From Psilocybe cubensis (lineage: Eukaryota): DNA of 64,000 nt. Positions 26,511 through 39,081 of the stretch are shown here, piece after piece. The stretch's first letter is position 1. Each line of letters starts with the position of its first letter. The notes beneath the pieces were generated by a model. It saw only the letters and a program-made list of their open reading frames with translations, had not been told where the DNA came from and ran no database searches. Where the stretch lies: NCBI GenBank assembly GCA_017499595.2, contig CM039008.1, forward strand, positions 124,001 through 188,000, written 5' to 3'. The translations under genes were made by a program, and so were the position numbers.

Positions 26511-26698
26511 TTGCTAGAGTCAACAGCTGTATCGCAAGTTCAACATTAATTAGATTTTGTTGTAACTCGGCTGTATAAAAAATTTCATATGATACATATA
26601 ATATGACTGAACACACGAGACAAAGAATTTATAAATCGGAAAAACAAAGAAATGGGATCAAGAGAGATAAATTGTGCTTGCCATTAATGTCAATTGAG

Positions 26699-28073
26699 TT
26701 ATCCCACTAAATACCAAGACGACGAATATGCTACAAGCACATCACCATATGCCTCCTTGCACATCGGAAAGGCGTCCATAAAATATGGACACCATGCCTC
26801 GTCCCAGCTCGGTCCACGGTCGCTCCAATTCTCTCCACCCAACGATACATGGCGTATAACTAAGAGTTTGACTCTGATTCTTTTAAGACGGCAAAACCCC
26901 GCGAGTGAAAACAGGTACCTATCCCACTCTGAAATCTCACGTCTTTCTTCAACCGCCGCTTTTAGATCGTCCGCCGGTGGTGGGAAAGGTGCGCGCAGAT
27001 AGCTGTGTATGGTTATATTCAAAGTGACCGTCTCAAGAAGTGGTGGTGCCTTTTCTCCAAGGAACGTGACAGGCGACACCTGTGGGTTCTTGTTGTCTAT
27101 CGTCCTATGATACGTGATATTAAGCTCCTTGAGAAAGTGCAGCAGCCTGAACTCAATAGCAGGCTTCTCGGATGCTTCACCTAGTATCCAAGATGTAATG
27201 ATCATTTGACCCGAGTATCTGTTACAGAAATGGCAACGTACTTGGGAAGAGTCGGTTTGCGTCATGAAGGATCAAGGTCTCCAAAACTTTTGTGCTGTTT
27301 ACCACACTTACAGCGAGGGCGGGAGATGATACACATATGGTGAATTTCTTCAGGTATGAGAACGTATCTGGTGCTAGTAGATTCTGCCCACATATAGCAA
27401 TCGTCAGGTCTTCGAATGTAATCTTGTTCACAGACCCTCCTGTGATTGACAGTGACTTCAAAGAAACTGAATGACATTTTTTGATTGGGTCGTTTCTATC
27501 AGGTATAATTGACCTATTGAGGTTAAAATCTTCAACATTTGATCCAAGGATTATACCAATAGGTACGTAAAATGAGTCTTCGAGATGTAGGGAGTTGATA
27601 TAGGACGTTTCGATCATCGACCTAATTGAACGCTCCAAGGGTTTTCCATTGGACCATGTGCTCGAGGTCAGCACCAGTCTGCGAACAGGAGTATTCAGCA
27701 ATACCGGTTCCCGAAATAAATGGTCGAAAATCGTAGTAAGTGATTGTGTGACTATTGAAGACCTATAATCCCCCTGATAGGGCGACAATCTGATAGAAAG
27801 CGACGCAATAAAGGTGTCGACCCCGGGAAGTGTCGGTACGCGTGTAGAGCCAGCGATAAGATCTGCTAGTTCCTGTATGCGATGCACATCGCCTTTCCCG
27901 AGAGCAGTCGGTTGTTGCTGAAAAATTACTGTGGAAAAGGTTTCCCTGTGTGCAACACTCCGATAGCGATGCGATTGAAGTGCGATAGATGATGCCCCTA
28001 AGGGATGCGACTGCAAAATCTGAGCTGCATTGTGCATGATTTGGTCGACTATCTCCATAGGGAGGATAATCAT
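26699..28073 (-). CDS. F-box-like protein with LRR/RNI-like C-terminal region, copy 1 (one intron ~27183-27241)
   Basis: N-terminal LPMEIVDQIM F-box-like motif; LxxLxL repeats; colinear with the 32273-33658 paralogue through to the C-terminal AFPMxKxAYGDVxVAYSSxW. Confidence 0.7.
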
Positions 28074-28374
28074 GATGCTAATGAGTAGTTATAGCCAAGA
28101 TGAAAGCAAGAATACGCCCGTTTTATAGCCCATGATTATAACGAGGCGGTGTTTGATTACCAATCACAGAAAGCTTTTCATCACTGGAAAATGTCAGTGC
28201 AATGTCAGTGCGGTCAGTGCATGCCAGGCATGCCACAGTAATGTCAGTGCAGACTGAAGTGATTTCAGTGCAATGTCAGTGCATGTTTCCAATAATATAT
28301 AAGTTGGTCAAGGTGTGTAAGTACATGCCTGTGCGTGCAGGGTTATGTTATTGCATTGGTTAGTTCATCGTGAC

Positions 28375-29944
28375 TATGGCTGCCCAAGTGGGGAAATATT
28401 CCCCGTAAACTTATTTACGTATTTTTCTTACTGCGTGATTTTGTAAAAAAAAAAGTTGGAGCGCGGAAACATTTTTTGAGTGCGCAGATTGTTTTCTAGC
28501 TTAGCCGTAAATATATTTGACTGCGCGGAAACATATTTTGGGCATATTTTGCTAGCGCACATAAATTTCTACTGCCCTTAATTATACTTAATGCATAAAC
28601 ACTGTGCGCGTAGATACATTTTGTGCCGCAAACAAATCTTTCGAGGCGCGGAAAACATTGTTCAATTGCACTACTTCTAGCCTAAAGTGACCAGCCGTTA
28701 TGCCGAGATTATGTAAAATGATCTAAAATGGCACCTCGGCACACCGAAACGAATTCAAGCTCCACCTTTCGGATTTTTGAAGAAAGTGATATCAAGGATT
28801 CTGTAATGCAATTCTAACCCACATTCATTTAATTACAAATTGATTACTATATAATCTACACTCTTTTGAAATATATTAATGTTGCTTTAATCAAGGAATG
28901 TGAGATAATCGCCTTGAAATCGCCTGTGTCGCTTTCTTGCACAGACACTGATGCGCAATTATGATGGCAGTTGCTAATATTTTACTTTGTACACAATGGT
29001 TGTGGGCAATATTTTGACTTATTCTCGTGGATTTCCATGTAATACATATTTCAACATGCTTTTCCAATGTTACTTTCCCATTTTCGACTCTACCAATGCA
29101 CAAATGCGCTCAAGAATACACTGATTGATGCCTTTCCCACGATTGATGGGGTTTTTTTCACACAATGCTTGAGATGTCTGAAATGGCGCACAAGCTGCGC
29201 TGCTAATGGGGAGACCCCAAATCTACCTGATATGTTCTAATACTACATATGAAGTACTACACAAATTGTTATATCGTCCTACGAGGCAGTAATAGATAGA
29301 ATAGCGATGTATTTTGTCACCGCTGGCGCTCATACATATTTTCAAAGAAAATAGGACCCAGTAATTATGTTTCCTACATTTTTTTGACGTATTTTATTGG
29401 AATATAGGCTTCGGGCTTCCCTAATTGGGTAACCCCGGACTCTATATACGAGAAAAATACGTCAAAAAATAACAGGAAACATAATTACCGATACATATTT
29501 TTCTATCAAATATGTATCAGTGCCAGCAGTGTGTGTAGGTTTATCGGAACTTGAACTCGTTTAAGGTGTGCCGAGGTGCCATTTTAGATCATTTTACATA
29601 ATCTCGGCATAACGGCTGGTCACTTTAGGCAAGAATCAATGGTTGTGAACAATGTTTTCCGCGCATTGAAAGGTTTGTTCAGCGCACAAAATGTACTTAC
29701 GCGCATATAATTTACACGAAAAATATAATTTGGAGCAGAAATAGTGCACTCAAGCTTGCAAATTATGCGAAAAATATGTTTCCGCGCAGTCAATTTTATT
29801 TACGGACTCGTCAAATTTACCTTGAAATCAATCTGGGCACCAAACAAATGTTTCCGCGCGCAAATTTTGTTTTATACTTGACGCACTTGTCAAAAATAAG
29901 GAAATTATATTTACGGGGAATATTTCCCCACTTGGGCAGCCATA
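28375..29944. mobile_element. Non-autonomous TIR element, IS3EU-like (TAT..ATA termini, 6-bp TSD)
   Basis: Perfect terminal IR TATGGCTGCCCAAGTGGGGAAATATTCCCCGTAAA; imperfect IR extends ~370 bp (28690-28745 matches 29565-29625 inverted); flanked by CGTGAC at 28369-28374 and 29945-29950; empty site seen in host copy 2 near 46247. Confidence 0.88.
29318..29531. mobile_element. ~214-bp hairpin MITE with CAC..GTG ends and 3-bp TGT duplication (CACTA/CMC-like)
   Basis: CACCGCTGGCGCT...AGTGCCAGCAGTG; arms gtaattatgtttcct/aggaaacataattac and ttttttgacgtatttt/aaaatacgtcaaaaaa; TGT on both sides. Confidence 0.72.
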
Positions 29945-32272
29945 CGTGACAGTGTGGTGGCAAAATTTGTGCTTGTCAAATTGGGGCGTGAGAAATTTAA
30001 CTTAGGGGGGAGGATTAAAGCATACGGTCTCGGAGTTTCTGGGTCAGACATGGCTAAATAACATGTCAGTGCAAAGTCAGTGCATGTGTCAGTGCATCAA
30101 CTCTCGGCAGTCAATGTAAATATAATTCTAGGAGGATAGTAGATCTCTAAACACATATAATATATTCAAATCCATCTAAGTAGCCCTGCACTGAACGTTG
30201 TTTTATTGTATATAAGTACAGACTTCAATTGTTTCACAAATTCTAAGTAATTTCAGTGCATTTCAGTGCATAGTCATTATATTGTCAGCACATGTAAGTG
30301 CAGAAGTGCACATACATGCACTGACATGCACTGACATTTCTTGTTGCTAAGCCGCCTTTGCACTGCGGAATCAGTAGCTCATGAAACTGATCATTATCGA
30401 TAATGGTTTCACAGTTCGCAGCAGTTTTTATCTTTCAACAATAAGTGGTTATCAATATCAGTTTTCTCGTGACTACAAGGTCTCTGTTGCTGCCAAAGTA
30501 GCGTAGTATTCTCAATCATACAAGAATTTAGTAACACACATTCGAAGCCTAATGACAATGTTGTACAAATCCACGTAAGAATTGACATGTTAGAATCTAG
30601 TTTGAAACCACAAATTCATCGCAGCTCTTGACAGAAACCGGTACATCGAATACTCCAAAGCCTGTGTATATATTATAGGTGAGTTTCAGCAGGAAGAGAA
30701 TAAGTTGCGGAACGACTCTAACCCTGTGCTCCAGATGCCGAGGCACAATGCCACCTAACACACGAATTAGGCTCGAAGTAGGCCACCGAACCGGCTCTCA
30801 TTATAGTAGGGGGACCACCTGGCGTAACCATATCCTCATACTGTATCTCTCCTGCGCCACAAGATATAAGCATAAACGCACATGGAGTCAATCAGTAAAC
30901 CTTACATACCTTCAAGGATATGTATTACGCCGAAGCCTGGATACCTCATTACAAGCTGCGTTCCTTGGTGGCTAGTGAACAGCACGGGCAGGAGGTAGCG
31001 TGTCGCATCGCTCGCGTGTTCGTGATTTACAATGTCAGGGCGGGTGACGGACTTGGGAACGATAGGGTGGAGATTACCCTCATATTCGCTACGTGGGATG
31101 TGCTATTGCAATGTTAATATGGTAATGCTATAGCATGGTCTCGCACTACTCACTGCGGGCATCGTCTAACACGTAGAAGAAGCTGGCATTCACGGTGCGT
31201 TTTAGATTTCGCCTGAGACGGTCGTTTATATACAGGAGGGATATTGAAATAAGTATATCTACTAGTATCAACGATTAGATGTGCCCTATCACCACCTGCC
31301 GATTTTGATTTAACTATTGAGCAATTGAATGAGCAAAAGGTTATTAACCATTTTTCATATTCTGATTATCATCAATTGTATTCAAAGCTTTAGTTTAAAC
31401 GACGGAGTCATTAATTGCGGGCCGGTTCTGTTACAGTTCACTATTACTTTGATGTTGCTTCTGAAATAATTTACCTCCGCAGCATAAAGTATACCATTTC
31501 TTTAAGCCAGGGTACTCTTGCTTAATGTGAAGCAATTTTTCCTTCCCGTTTTAGGTTGAATCTGTATAGTCTTAAATCACAATTGCAGACCAAACAATAA
31601 TGCATGAGCATATCCCGACCTAATCGTTATCATTAAGATACAGTTTTTGACGCCATATTTTCTCCCATTCTTCCATTCTATCCAAATTTGCATATAATTC
31701 CCCGCCAACAGGTCTGGATGCCGCGCCAGTTCTACCTTTAAATTGAAGGCACGCGCCTCAAGGTCCGTGCGCTATCCAATTCAAGTGGAGCCTAAAAATC
31801 AACTTTAGCCGAAGTGTTCCGCCAGCACTCCGTGGTTTGTTTTGATTTGAAGCGTATCCGACACTTTGATCTTGAGGCAGCATACTATAAGTCTAATTTC
31901 TCTAGCAGCTCATTTATTAGCCAATAAAATGCTTTCGATTGTGAAGACACATCCAGATTTCTCGCGATCCGCCAAATCACCTACACAGGCTCTGAATCAA
32001 TAGCAAACCGCAGTCCATACAAAAATCATACACGCTAAAGCATGAACATTCTTTGGAGCACAGCAGAATCAAAAAATGTATATATTAGATTGCAAAAGTC
32101 GGGATCAACCATCACATTATTCAATTTCTTCTGGTCGTGGAAATACTGTGTATACTGGCTTTCGTATCTCCTAAGTCCTGGCTCCTGTGAGAAACACAGA
32201 CACTATTTTTGCTACAAATTATTTTATGAAAATTACATTCGTATTCCCCAAGTCTTCCCTAACAACTTTGTG

Positions 32273-33658
32273 TCATCCCGCTACAGCCCAAGCCGATGAA
32301 TAAGCCACAGTTACATCACCATATGCTCCTTTGGACATCGGAAACGCGGCTGTGAAATACGGGCTCCAAGCTATGTCCCAGCTCGGGTACCACTGATCCT
32401 CTCCATAAAAATAAACAAGACGCCGAACCATCAACTTGACGCTGACCGTTTTAAGATTGTAGAAAATTGTTGGGGAAGATAAATGTTCATCCCATTGAGA
32501 TATCTCCTGTCTTTCCTGTACCGCTGCTACGAGGTCGTCGTCCGGTGATGGGAAGGGAGCATGAAGGTAGCTGGTCATGGTTATGTCCAAGGCGAATCTC
32601 TCGAGAAGTGGAAGTGCTTCTTGTCCAAGGAAGGCGACAGGTGACATTTGTGGATTATCGTTGTCTATTGTCCTCGAGTATGCGATGTTGAGCTCTTTTA
32701 GATGCGACAAGTATGCGAAATAAATACGAGGTGTTCCGTCCTCGTCACCTGCTATAAATTTTGACCCATTCATTCGTACACAGCAAATTAACCATATAGT
32801 TAATGCAAGAGATAACGTACAGGAGAATAGACATTCTGCTTTGCGAAGTGTCAAAGACTCCAATGTCTTTGTGCTGTTCACTAAATCTGCAGCAAGGTCT
32901 GGAGACGTCACAGTTATTGAGAGCGTTGTCAAATGACAAAACATATGATGTGCTGTCAAATCTTGTCCGCCTATAATCAAGATCATATCTTCGAATGCCA
33001 TATTGCTCGCATACCCTCCTGTAATTGCCAAGGATTTTAAAGGTACCGCGGCGTAACCCTCAGTGTAGAACCTCCGGTCCAGAAAAATACTGCCGTGAAA
33101 GGTTAAATGCTCGATGTTTGATCCAAGGATGATGTCAACGGGCAAGTAAGAAGGGTCGCTCACGTGGAGGTTGTTGAGGTATGATGCTGTGATCAACGAT
33201 CTGAGGGCAACATCTAGTGCTGCATCCTCGGGCCACGTACAGGCCTCCAGCTTTAGTGTGCGAAGTGGAACAGACAGCATTGCCGCGTCGCGGAATAGAT
33301 TATTGATGATTATAATTAGGGACCGCGAAACCTCGGACATGCCTCTCATGCTTCCATAATAGGACGACAGCTTCAGCGAAAATGAGGAGATAAACGTGTG
33401 TAACCCACGTAAAGTTGGGAATTGCCTGGAATCTGTGATAAGGCTGGCCAGCCCGTGTATGCGATGCATATCGCCTTCTTTTCGACGAGGCGGCTTTTCT
33501 AGAAACATGACTGAGGAGAAAGTTGCCGTATGCGCAACAGTGCGATAATGATGTGATAAAAGTGCAATAGAAGATGTTCCATTTGGATGTGATGGAGACT
33601 CCTGAACCGCTAGCTGTATAATGTAATCAATAATCTCAATAGGGAGGAAACCCGACAT
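32273..33658 (-). CDS. F-box-like protein with LRR/RNI-like region, copy 2 (probable in-frame intron ~32753-32820)
   Basis: MSGFLPIEIIDYIIQLA; full-length paralogue of 26699-28073; GTACGT..TAG intron at the equivalent position. Confidence 0.75.
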   Translation of the reverse strand: MSGFLPIEIIDYIIQLAVQESPSHPNGTSSIALLSHHYRTVAHTATFSSVMFLEKPPRRKEGDMHRIHGLASLITDSRQFPTLRGLHTFISSFSLKLSSYYGSMRGMSEVSRSLIIIINNLFRDAAMLSVPLRTLKLEACTWPEDAALDVALRSLITASYLNNLHVSDPSYLPVDIILGSNIEHLTFHGSIFLDRRFYTEGYAAVPLKSLAITGGYASNMAFEDMILIIGGQDLTAHHMFCHLTTLSITVTSPDLAADLVNSTKTLESLTLRKAECLFSCTLSLALTIWLICCVRMNGSKFIAGDEDGTPRIYFAYLSHLKELNIAYSRTIDNDNPQMSPVAFLGQEALPLLERFALDITMTSYLHAPFPSPDDDLVAAVQERQEISQWDEHLSSPTIFYNLKTVSVKLMVRRLVYFYGEDQWYPSWDIAWSPYFTAAFPMSKGAYGDVTVAYSSAWAVAG

Positions 33659-34294
33659 GATGTACGCGCGTGTGTGTATTGTTGCTACCAGAGTTGTACC
33701 ACTTTATAACCTTGCAGCTCTAATTCCCAGGAATTGACATGATGTGACAGTGTCGGATCATATTGAAACTCACCTCCGCACCGTGTCCAACAGTAAGATC
33801 TATAAATACAGAAACTTATTTCTGGAATGTGAAAATTTAGCGCTTTGAATTGGCTGCTACTATTGAGGTTGAATCAAGCTCTGGTGGTCTGGTCATATCC
33901 ACAGAAGATCCAGCTTGGCTAATGATTACATTCAAGACATTAAATCCAGTCCCATTCAAAACTTGTAGCCAGTATTGTATTTTTATTCGTCTTGAGGGGT
34001 TCATCGAAGCAGATCACAGCTCTTGACAGATATCGGGACAACGGAGTGCCAAAACACCGACACCGACGTCAATGTGCGACTTAGCGGCTCACAGACGCGT
34101 TGATTTTCTTTTCTCGGCTTGAATTACGTGTATGGGGATGTACTGGGATAGGTGGACGTTGGTTAGATTACAATCCTATACTACTGCAGTATACAATCAA
34201 CCACCCAGCAGCACCACATCAAATATACTTTACAAAGTTTTCCAAAATTCAAATTCAAATTATCCTTTCATCCTGTACCCTTTCTTTCGTTCAA

Positions 34295-34752
34295 TTAAAG
34301 CTTGGTTCCATCGCCGAATGCAATGACGAGTTCAGCACCTCCGGGGTCGGTGCGGACACCACCAAGGGTGGCTGGGCGACTCGGGTTTGTTCCGTAGCAG
34401 TCGGTGACAAGCTGGTTGAAGGTGCTCACACACGACGCGTTGCTGGCAAAGTTTCCAAAGAACCCGGCGGATTGGAATCCGAAAATAAGACGACCAGCGG
34501 AGGAGATACCAGGACCCGCAGCGTACTCGTTGCAGAATTGACTGGCGTCTGCGCGGCTGTGTGGCAGGATTGATTAATTACAGTCAAACAGTATATTTCA
34601 TTGTAAGAGTATGCTTACAGGTCGGCCAAAGGGCCGTAGTTAGCAACGACTGGCGTGGCGGATGTCCAGCACCTGGACGTGGTTTGAGCTGCGACACCGC
34701 TCAGGGAGGCGGCGGCCATTGCCAATGTAGCGAAGACAGTCGAGAATTTCAT
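34295..34752 (-). CDS. Small secreted 4-Cys protein, copy 1 (~130 aa, intron 34557-34618)
   Basis: MKFSTVFATLAMAAASLSGVAA|QTTSRCWTSATPVVANYGPLADLRADASQFCNEY...SCVSTFNQLVTDCYGTNPSRPATLGGVRTDPGGAELVIAFGDGTKL*. Confidence 0.88.
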
Positions 34753-35943
34753 GTTTAACCTGATCATTCGTCGATGATAATAAGCTAGGCGTCGCACAGA
34801 ATAATAAATGAGGAAGCTTACTTTGTTGGTTATCAAGTTCAAGTTGGACTGATGGTGAAAGACCTCAATGGATTCACCTTTATATGTTTTTCCTTCCCAG
34901 TATACGCGTGTATTCTCAGTAGCTTTTCAATTGATTCCCGACTTAGGATAAATTTGTTTGGCAACTCTTTTGCTTCTAGCGAGGTTGTGCAATTCCGAAT
35001 GTATTGGTAAAACTTGACCTTTACACTTGGACTATATACATTGTATTGTGTATTCAACTACAACCAGACTAACAGAATCGATTCACGCTTTGTGCACTGC
35101 CAGCGTCAAAAATATACTCAATAACAACAGAAACTCGTTTCTCTTTCGGTTCCGAAGTAATCATGTATACCACTGCGTGTCAATCGTAGCCCTGTAGATC
35201 AAACAAAATGGCGCTAGTGTTTAAAGACCTCGAAGCGTATACCACTATTTCGTCCTTACGGAACGTCGATCTGCAGCTGACATTCATTACCGACAGGATC
35301 TAGTCTTCTGTATATGTACTATGCCTCTTGCAGCATTTACTTTGTACTTTTTTGGAAACACCCATTCCATATGCTACTAAAGACGGACTGTTCCACGATT
35401 GGTCACAACATAGGTTGTTTCTAAGAATAGAGTAGGAACATGTGTTCTTGTTCACAGCTATTTAGTGTTATGGAAGCAGCGTGAGAACAGGCGAAGGGTA
35501 GTGCAGACAAAATATCTCTCTATTTGGATAATAGTATACTAATCTTTTGGGCGTTAAGCAGACTGGCACCCACGATGCAAAAAGGACCGAGATTTATGTC
35601 AATGGGTCCATGACAAACTAATCTTCCACTTGAGAAGAAAGGGAATTTCAGCCAGTGAATGAAATGAAAAAAATGCTTGAAAACGCCTTGGAGACATATG
35701 ATGGTGTTTAATCCATGGATCGACTCTCCAGTAGACTCAAAGGCTTACCAAGGCTATGTGTCTTCCATGATGATGGGACTGCTTCTATGACATAACAGTG
35801 AACCTAGACTTAAAATGAGTCCTAGACGGAGTAATACAGTCATGATTGTCTAAGCGCCGCTAGAAGATCTTAGAACCCATCGAACGTGTGTTCTGGCCGG
35901 TTACCAAACAAAAAATTACAGAATCCAACGGGCTACCAAACCG

Positions 35944-35950
35944 TATAAAA
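35944..35950 (+). promoter_or_regulatory. Probable TATA box of secreted protein copy 2
   Basis: TATAAAA ~30 nt before a 5'-UTR segment (CATCAGTCCAACTTGAAC) conserved with copy 1, followed by a 5'-UTR intron (GTAAGC..TAG). Confidence 0.55.
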
Positions 35951-36074
35951 GGGAGTCTGTTAACGTCGTTCACCATCAGTCCAACTTGAACTCGATAACT
36001 CACAAGGTAAGCTTTCTCCTTCTCATCATACGTGACAACCAGCTCATTAACTACATCGAAAAATTAGCTTAAAC

Positions 36075-36535
36075 ATGAAATTCTCGACTGTCCTCGCTAC
36101 TCTTGCAATGGCCGCCACCTCCTTGAGCGGTGTCGCAGCTCAGACCACATCGAGGTGTTGGACATCCGCCACACCAGTTGCTGCTAACTATGGACCTCTG
36201 GCAGACTTGTAGGTTTCGTTATTCATGCATCCACACTTAATCATGTATTAACATGCTATTCCCTTCCCCTCAGACGCATTGATGCCGGAATTTTCTGCAA
36301 CGAATACGCTGCGGGCCCTGGTATCTCCTCTGCTGGCCGCCTTATTTTCGGATTCCAATCCGCTGGGTTCTTTGGAAACTTTGCTAGCAACTCGTCGTGC
36401 TTGAGCACATTCAACCAACTCGTCACTGATTGCTACGGTACCAACCCGAGTCGCCCAGCTACCCTTGGCGGTGTCCGCACCGACCCTGGAGGCGCTGAAC
36501 TCATCATTGCATTCGGTGATGGCACTAAGCTTTAA
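36075..36535 (+). CDS. Small secreted 4-Cys protein, copy 2 (intron 36209-36273)
   Basis: MKFSTVLATLAMAATSLSGVAAQTTSRCWTSATPVAANYGPLADLRIDAGIFCNEY...GDGTKL*; near-identical protein to copy 1 with diverged introns. Confidence 0.88.
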
Positions 36536-37079
36536 TTAAACGAAACAAACGGTGACTACCAACATGGAATTTTGACTTGGAATTATGGGAAATTTGTAAA
36601 GTAAATCAATATTGTGATGTTGGGTGGTTGATTGTATACTTTAGTAGTATAAAATTGTAATCTAAAGGTCCCCCCGCGTCTCAACAAACATTAACCTGTG
36701 CAAATTCGTGCTCAAGGCCAACCCGCGAAGGACAGCAGTTCAAATTATCACTTCCAAAAAGTACAAACAATCGATGCAATACCGTACTTCCGGATGACTG
36801 TGTTTTTTCCATAGTTTACTGCAATCCATATGGGTGGTTGCACTTCTGCGTGACTTACTCTTTGAACACACAGTAAGGTGGGATATCAATATGTTGTTCC
36901 ATGAGAACTTAAACATCCTCCATTAGGAAAGTGTAAAGATGTATGGAAAGAAGTGAGGAGCTTACGATGAGGTGCATTGTAGGAAATATGATATGTACCT
37001 GTGAGCTGATCAGTGATCAATCTCATCTCCGCAGATGTTTTTTTTTACCTGAAATTTGGATTGAACGACAAGGATTTGC

Positions 37080-37700
37080 GTTCAAAGTCGAAGTTCCCAC
37101 AGTGGCCCGTGCGCGAGTACCGTGGGACAATGTTCAAGCGGAGTCTTAAACGACAACTTTGCGAACTCGGTGCGGTCAATGTTCGGTTGGTTCTTAAATC
37201 AAGAAAAGGCCCCCGTCGATATTGCTATTAATTTTATGCTTCATCCCCGATCTGTGGGTAGCCTGTGGCCCAATTTGTAGGTGCACTTTCCATCCTCTGT
37301 TTCGATTGCCGAACTTTAAAGGACATGCTGACCTATTAGGTTGCTTCAGGACAAGAATAAGGAGCAGAATCAACCAACTACCTGGTCCATACCACTTCCA
37401 AAATACACGATACCAAGTCATTTACCTCGAGCAACCTTCCACACAAAGCGATCTCGCCCTCCGGACCCGCCACATAGAGCGAAACATCCCAACAGGAGAT
37501 GGTATAGGATAGTAGACTGCCGTAGGTCTTCCCTATATGGTATGTACTCGTTTTATCTTGTCCCTCCCCATTTCCAACTTCCCCTCACTTTCTTTACCAC
37601 ACACCTCGTCCCTAATCTGACGCAATCCATGTACCCGTTGAACCAGCCACACCACTTTGATCTCATGTATCTTCCACATTTATAAACACTCTCACTAATA
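37080..37700 (+). pseudogene. Degenerate gene-like segment, paralogous to 41575-42260
   Basis: Shared blocks ttcccaca.tgg, ccgtgggaca.tgttcaa.cggagtc, gctgacctatt, gcaaccttcca, and GTATGT...gtccctcccca.ttcc.acttccc; no continuous ORF. Confidence 0.4.
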
Positions 37701-39081
37701 CACGTCCTCTCCGTGCTTCTGAAGTCTTCCCATCAAATCTCGAAGGTCCATGTGGGGTACGCAAGACGTCTGAGAACGGAATTGGTCAAGACAGACAAGT
37801 CCAAAACAGCTAAGACGAGATATTATTAGACACGCTATTAATATCTCCCGGCCGCCTCAACACAAACGACTCCGTAGTGGCTGAATACAGAATGGGGTTT
37901 TCAATGAGCAGGCGTAATTAGCATGTTAGTTTAGGATATACTATATTGTGTATAAAATTTTCGATCACTCAGGTACAGAAAGGTATATAAAGCCTCCCTG
38001 TACAGAGTGGTGGGAGTAGTTTACCTGAACTCAAAATCTATCCTTCGTCTCAAAACTCGTATTTATTGAGCTTAGAAAGCTCTTCGTCGATTATCGGATT
38101 GTATATTGTAATCGTATAATATACAATCAATCCCCGACAACTACTGAAATCCCTCACTCACACAGTTTCGTCTGTGTGATTTCGCTAACCGTCGACCGGC
38201 ACTTTTCAAGTCGACCCTCGTTGAACTCGTTACAGTCCATTCCAACATCGATTCACTCTACGCCCTCGTTACCACACACCATCTCGACCATCGTTTCCTT
38301 TTCTCTCGACGGATTAAAGATACAACTCTGCTTTGTCCTTTACTTCTATAGCGTATCAATGTGGTCATTCTGAAATGGGGGATTCTTGCTCTGAGGAAGG
38401 TTGTCGCTGGTGGGCGGGCGAACGCAAGGACGGTTGTTTGATGGGAAGGTATGACCCTATTAAAATTAATGACACGTACATCGTTGCTGATTTTTCACCA
38501 GCTTTCCTATGCTTTTAACGCAGTTGAATCTATAGCGAGGCATATGTCTGTTGATACTATGTATGCGCATGGGGATGGGATGTATACCTTTGAAGGGTGA
38601 AGGTTTCTATGGTATGATACCCCCAGATGTATACCGACTTAACCTTGTCATCTCTCACTGAAGTCACGTTTATTCAGTGCTCTAGAGGACGATAGCTACT
38701 GCACCACGCGGTAAAATCATTCAGAGATTTGCTAGGTACAGGCATATACGTCACAGCAAAGCCTGTGGTACCTTTACTACCCCGGAACTCGACTTAAACA
38801 ACTGGGCGTTTCGACCTGTAGCGTTGGAATAGAGGCGGGTACCAGAGAACGGGCGCGCGAAAGCGTGGTGGTTGACGGGTGGGTATGACATTAGAAAGTT
38901 CACGACCATATACAACATCGCTTACATCGTCTATAGCGAGGTACATGCCCCTGCATCATATGTAAGCGCAAGAAGAAACGTGTATATTCTTTCAAGCTAC
39001 GCGAGACAAAGCATTGAAATTTCAAACATAATCTTTCAAACGGTTCATGCAATATACATCTTCAAATCCACGGCGAGCTTG

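Larger units (their letters stand above)
28182..30347. mobile_element. Non-autonomous DNA transposon with ATGTCAGTGC subterminal repeats, copy 1 (internally deleted, termini eroded, interrupted by a nested element)
   Basis: CACTGGAAAATGTCAGTGC... and ...GCACTGACATTTCTTGTTGC ends closely match the ends of the copy at 46045-54008; no target-site duplication visible here. Confidence 0.85.
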
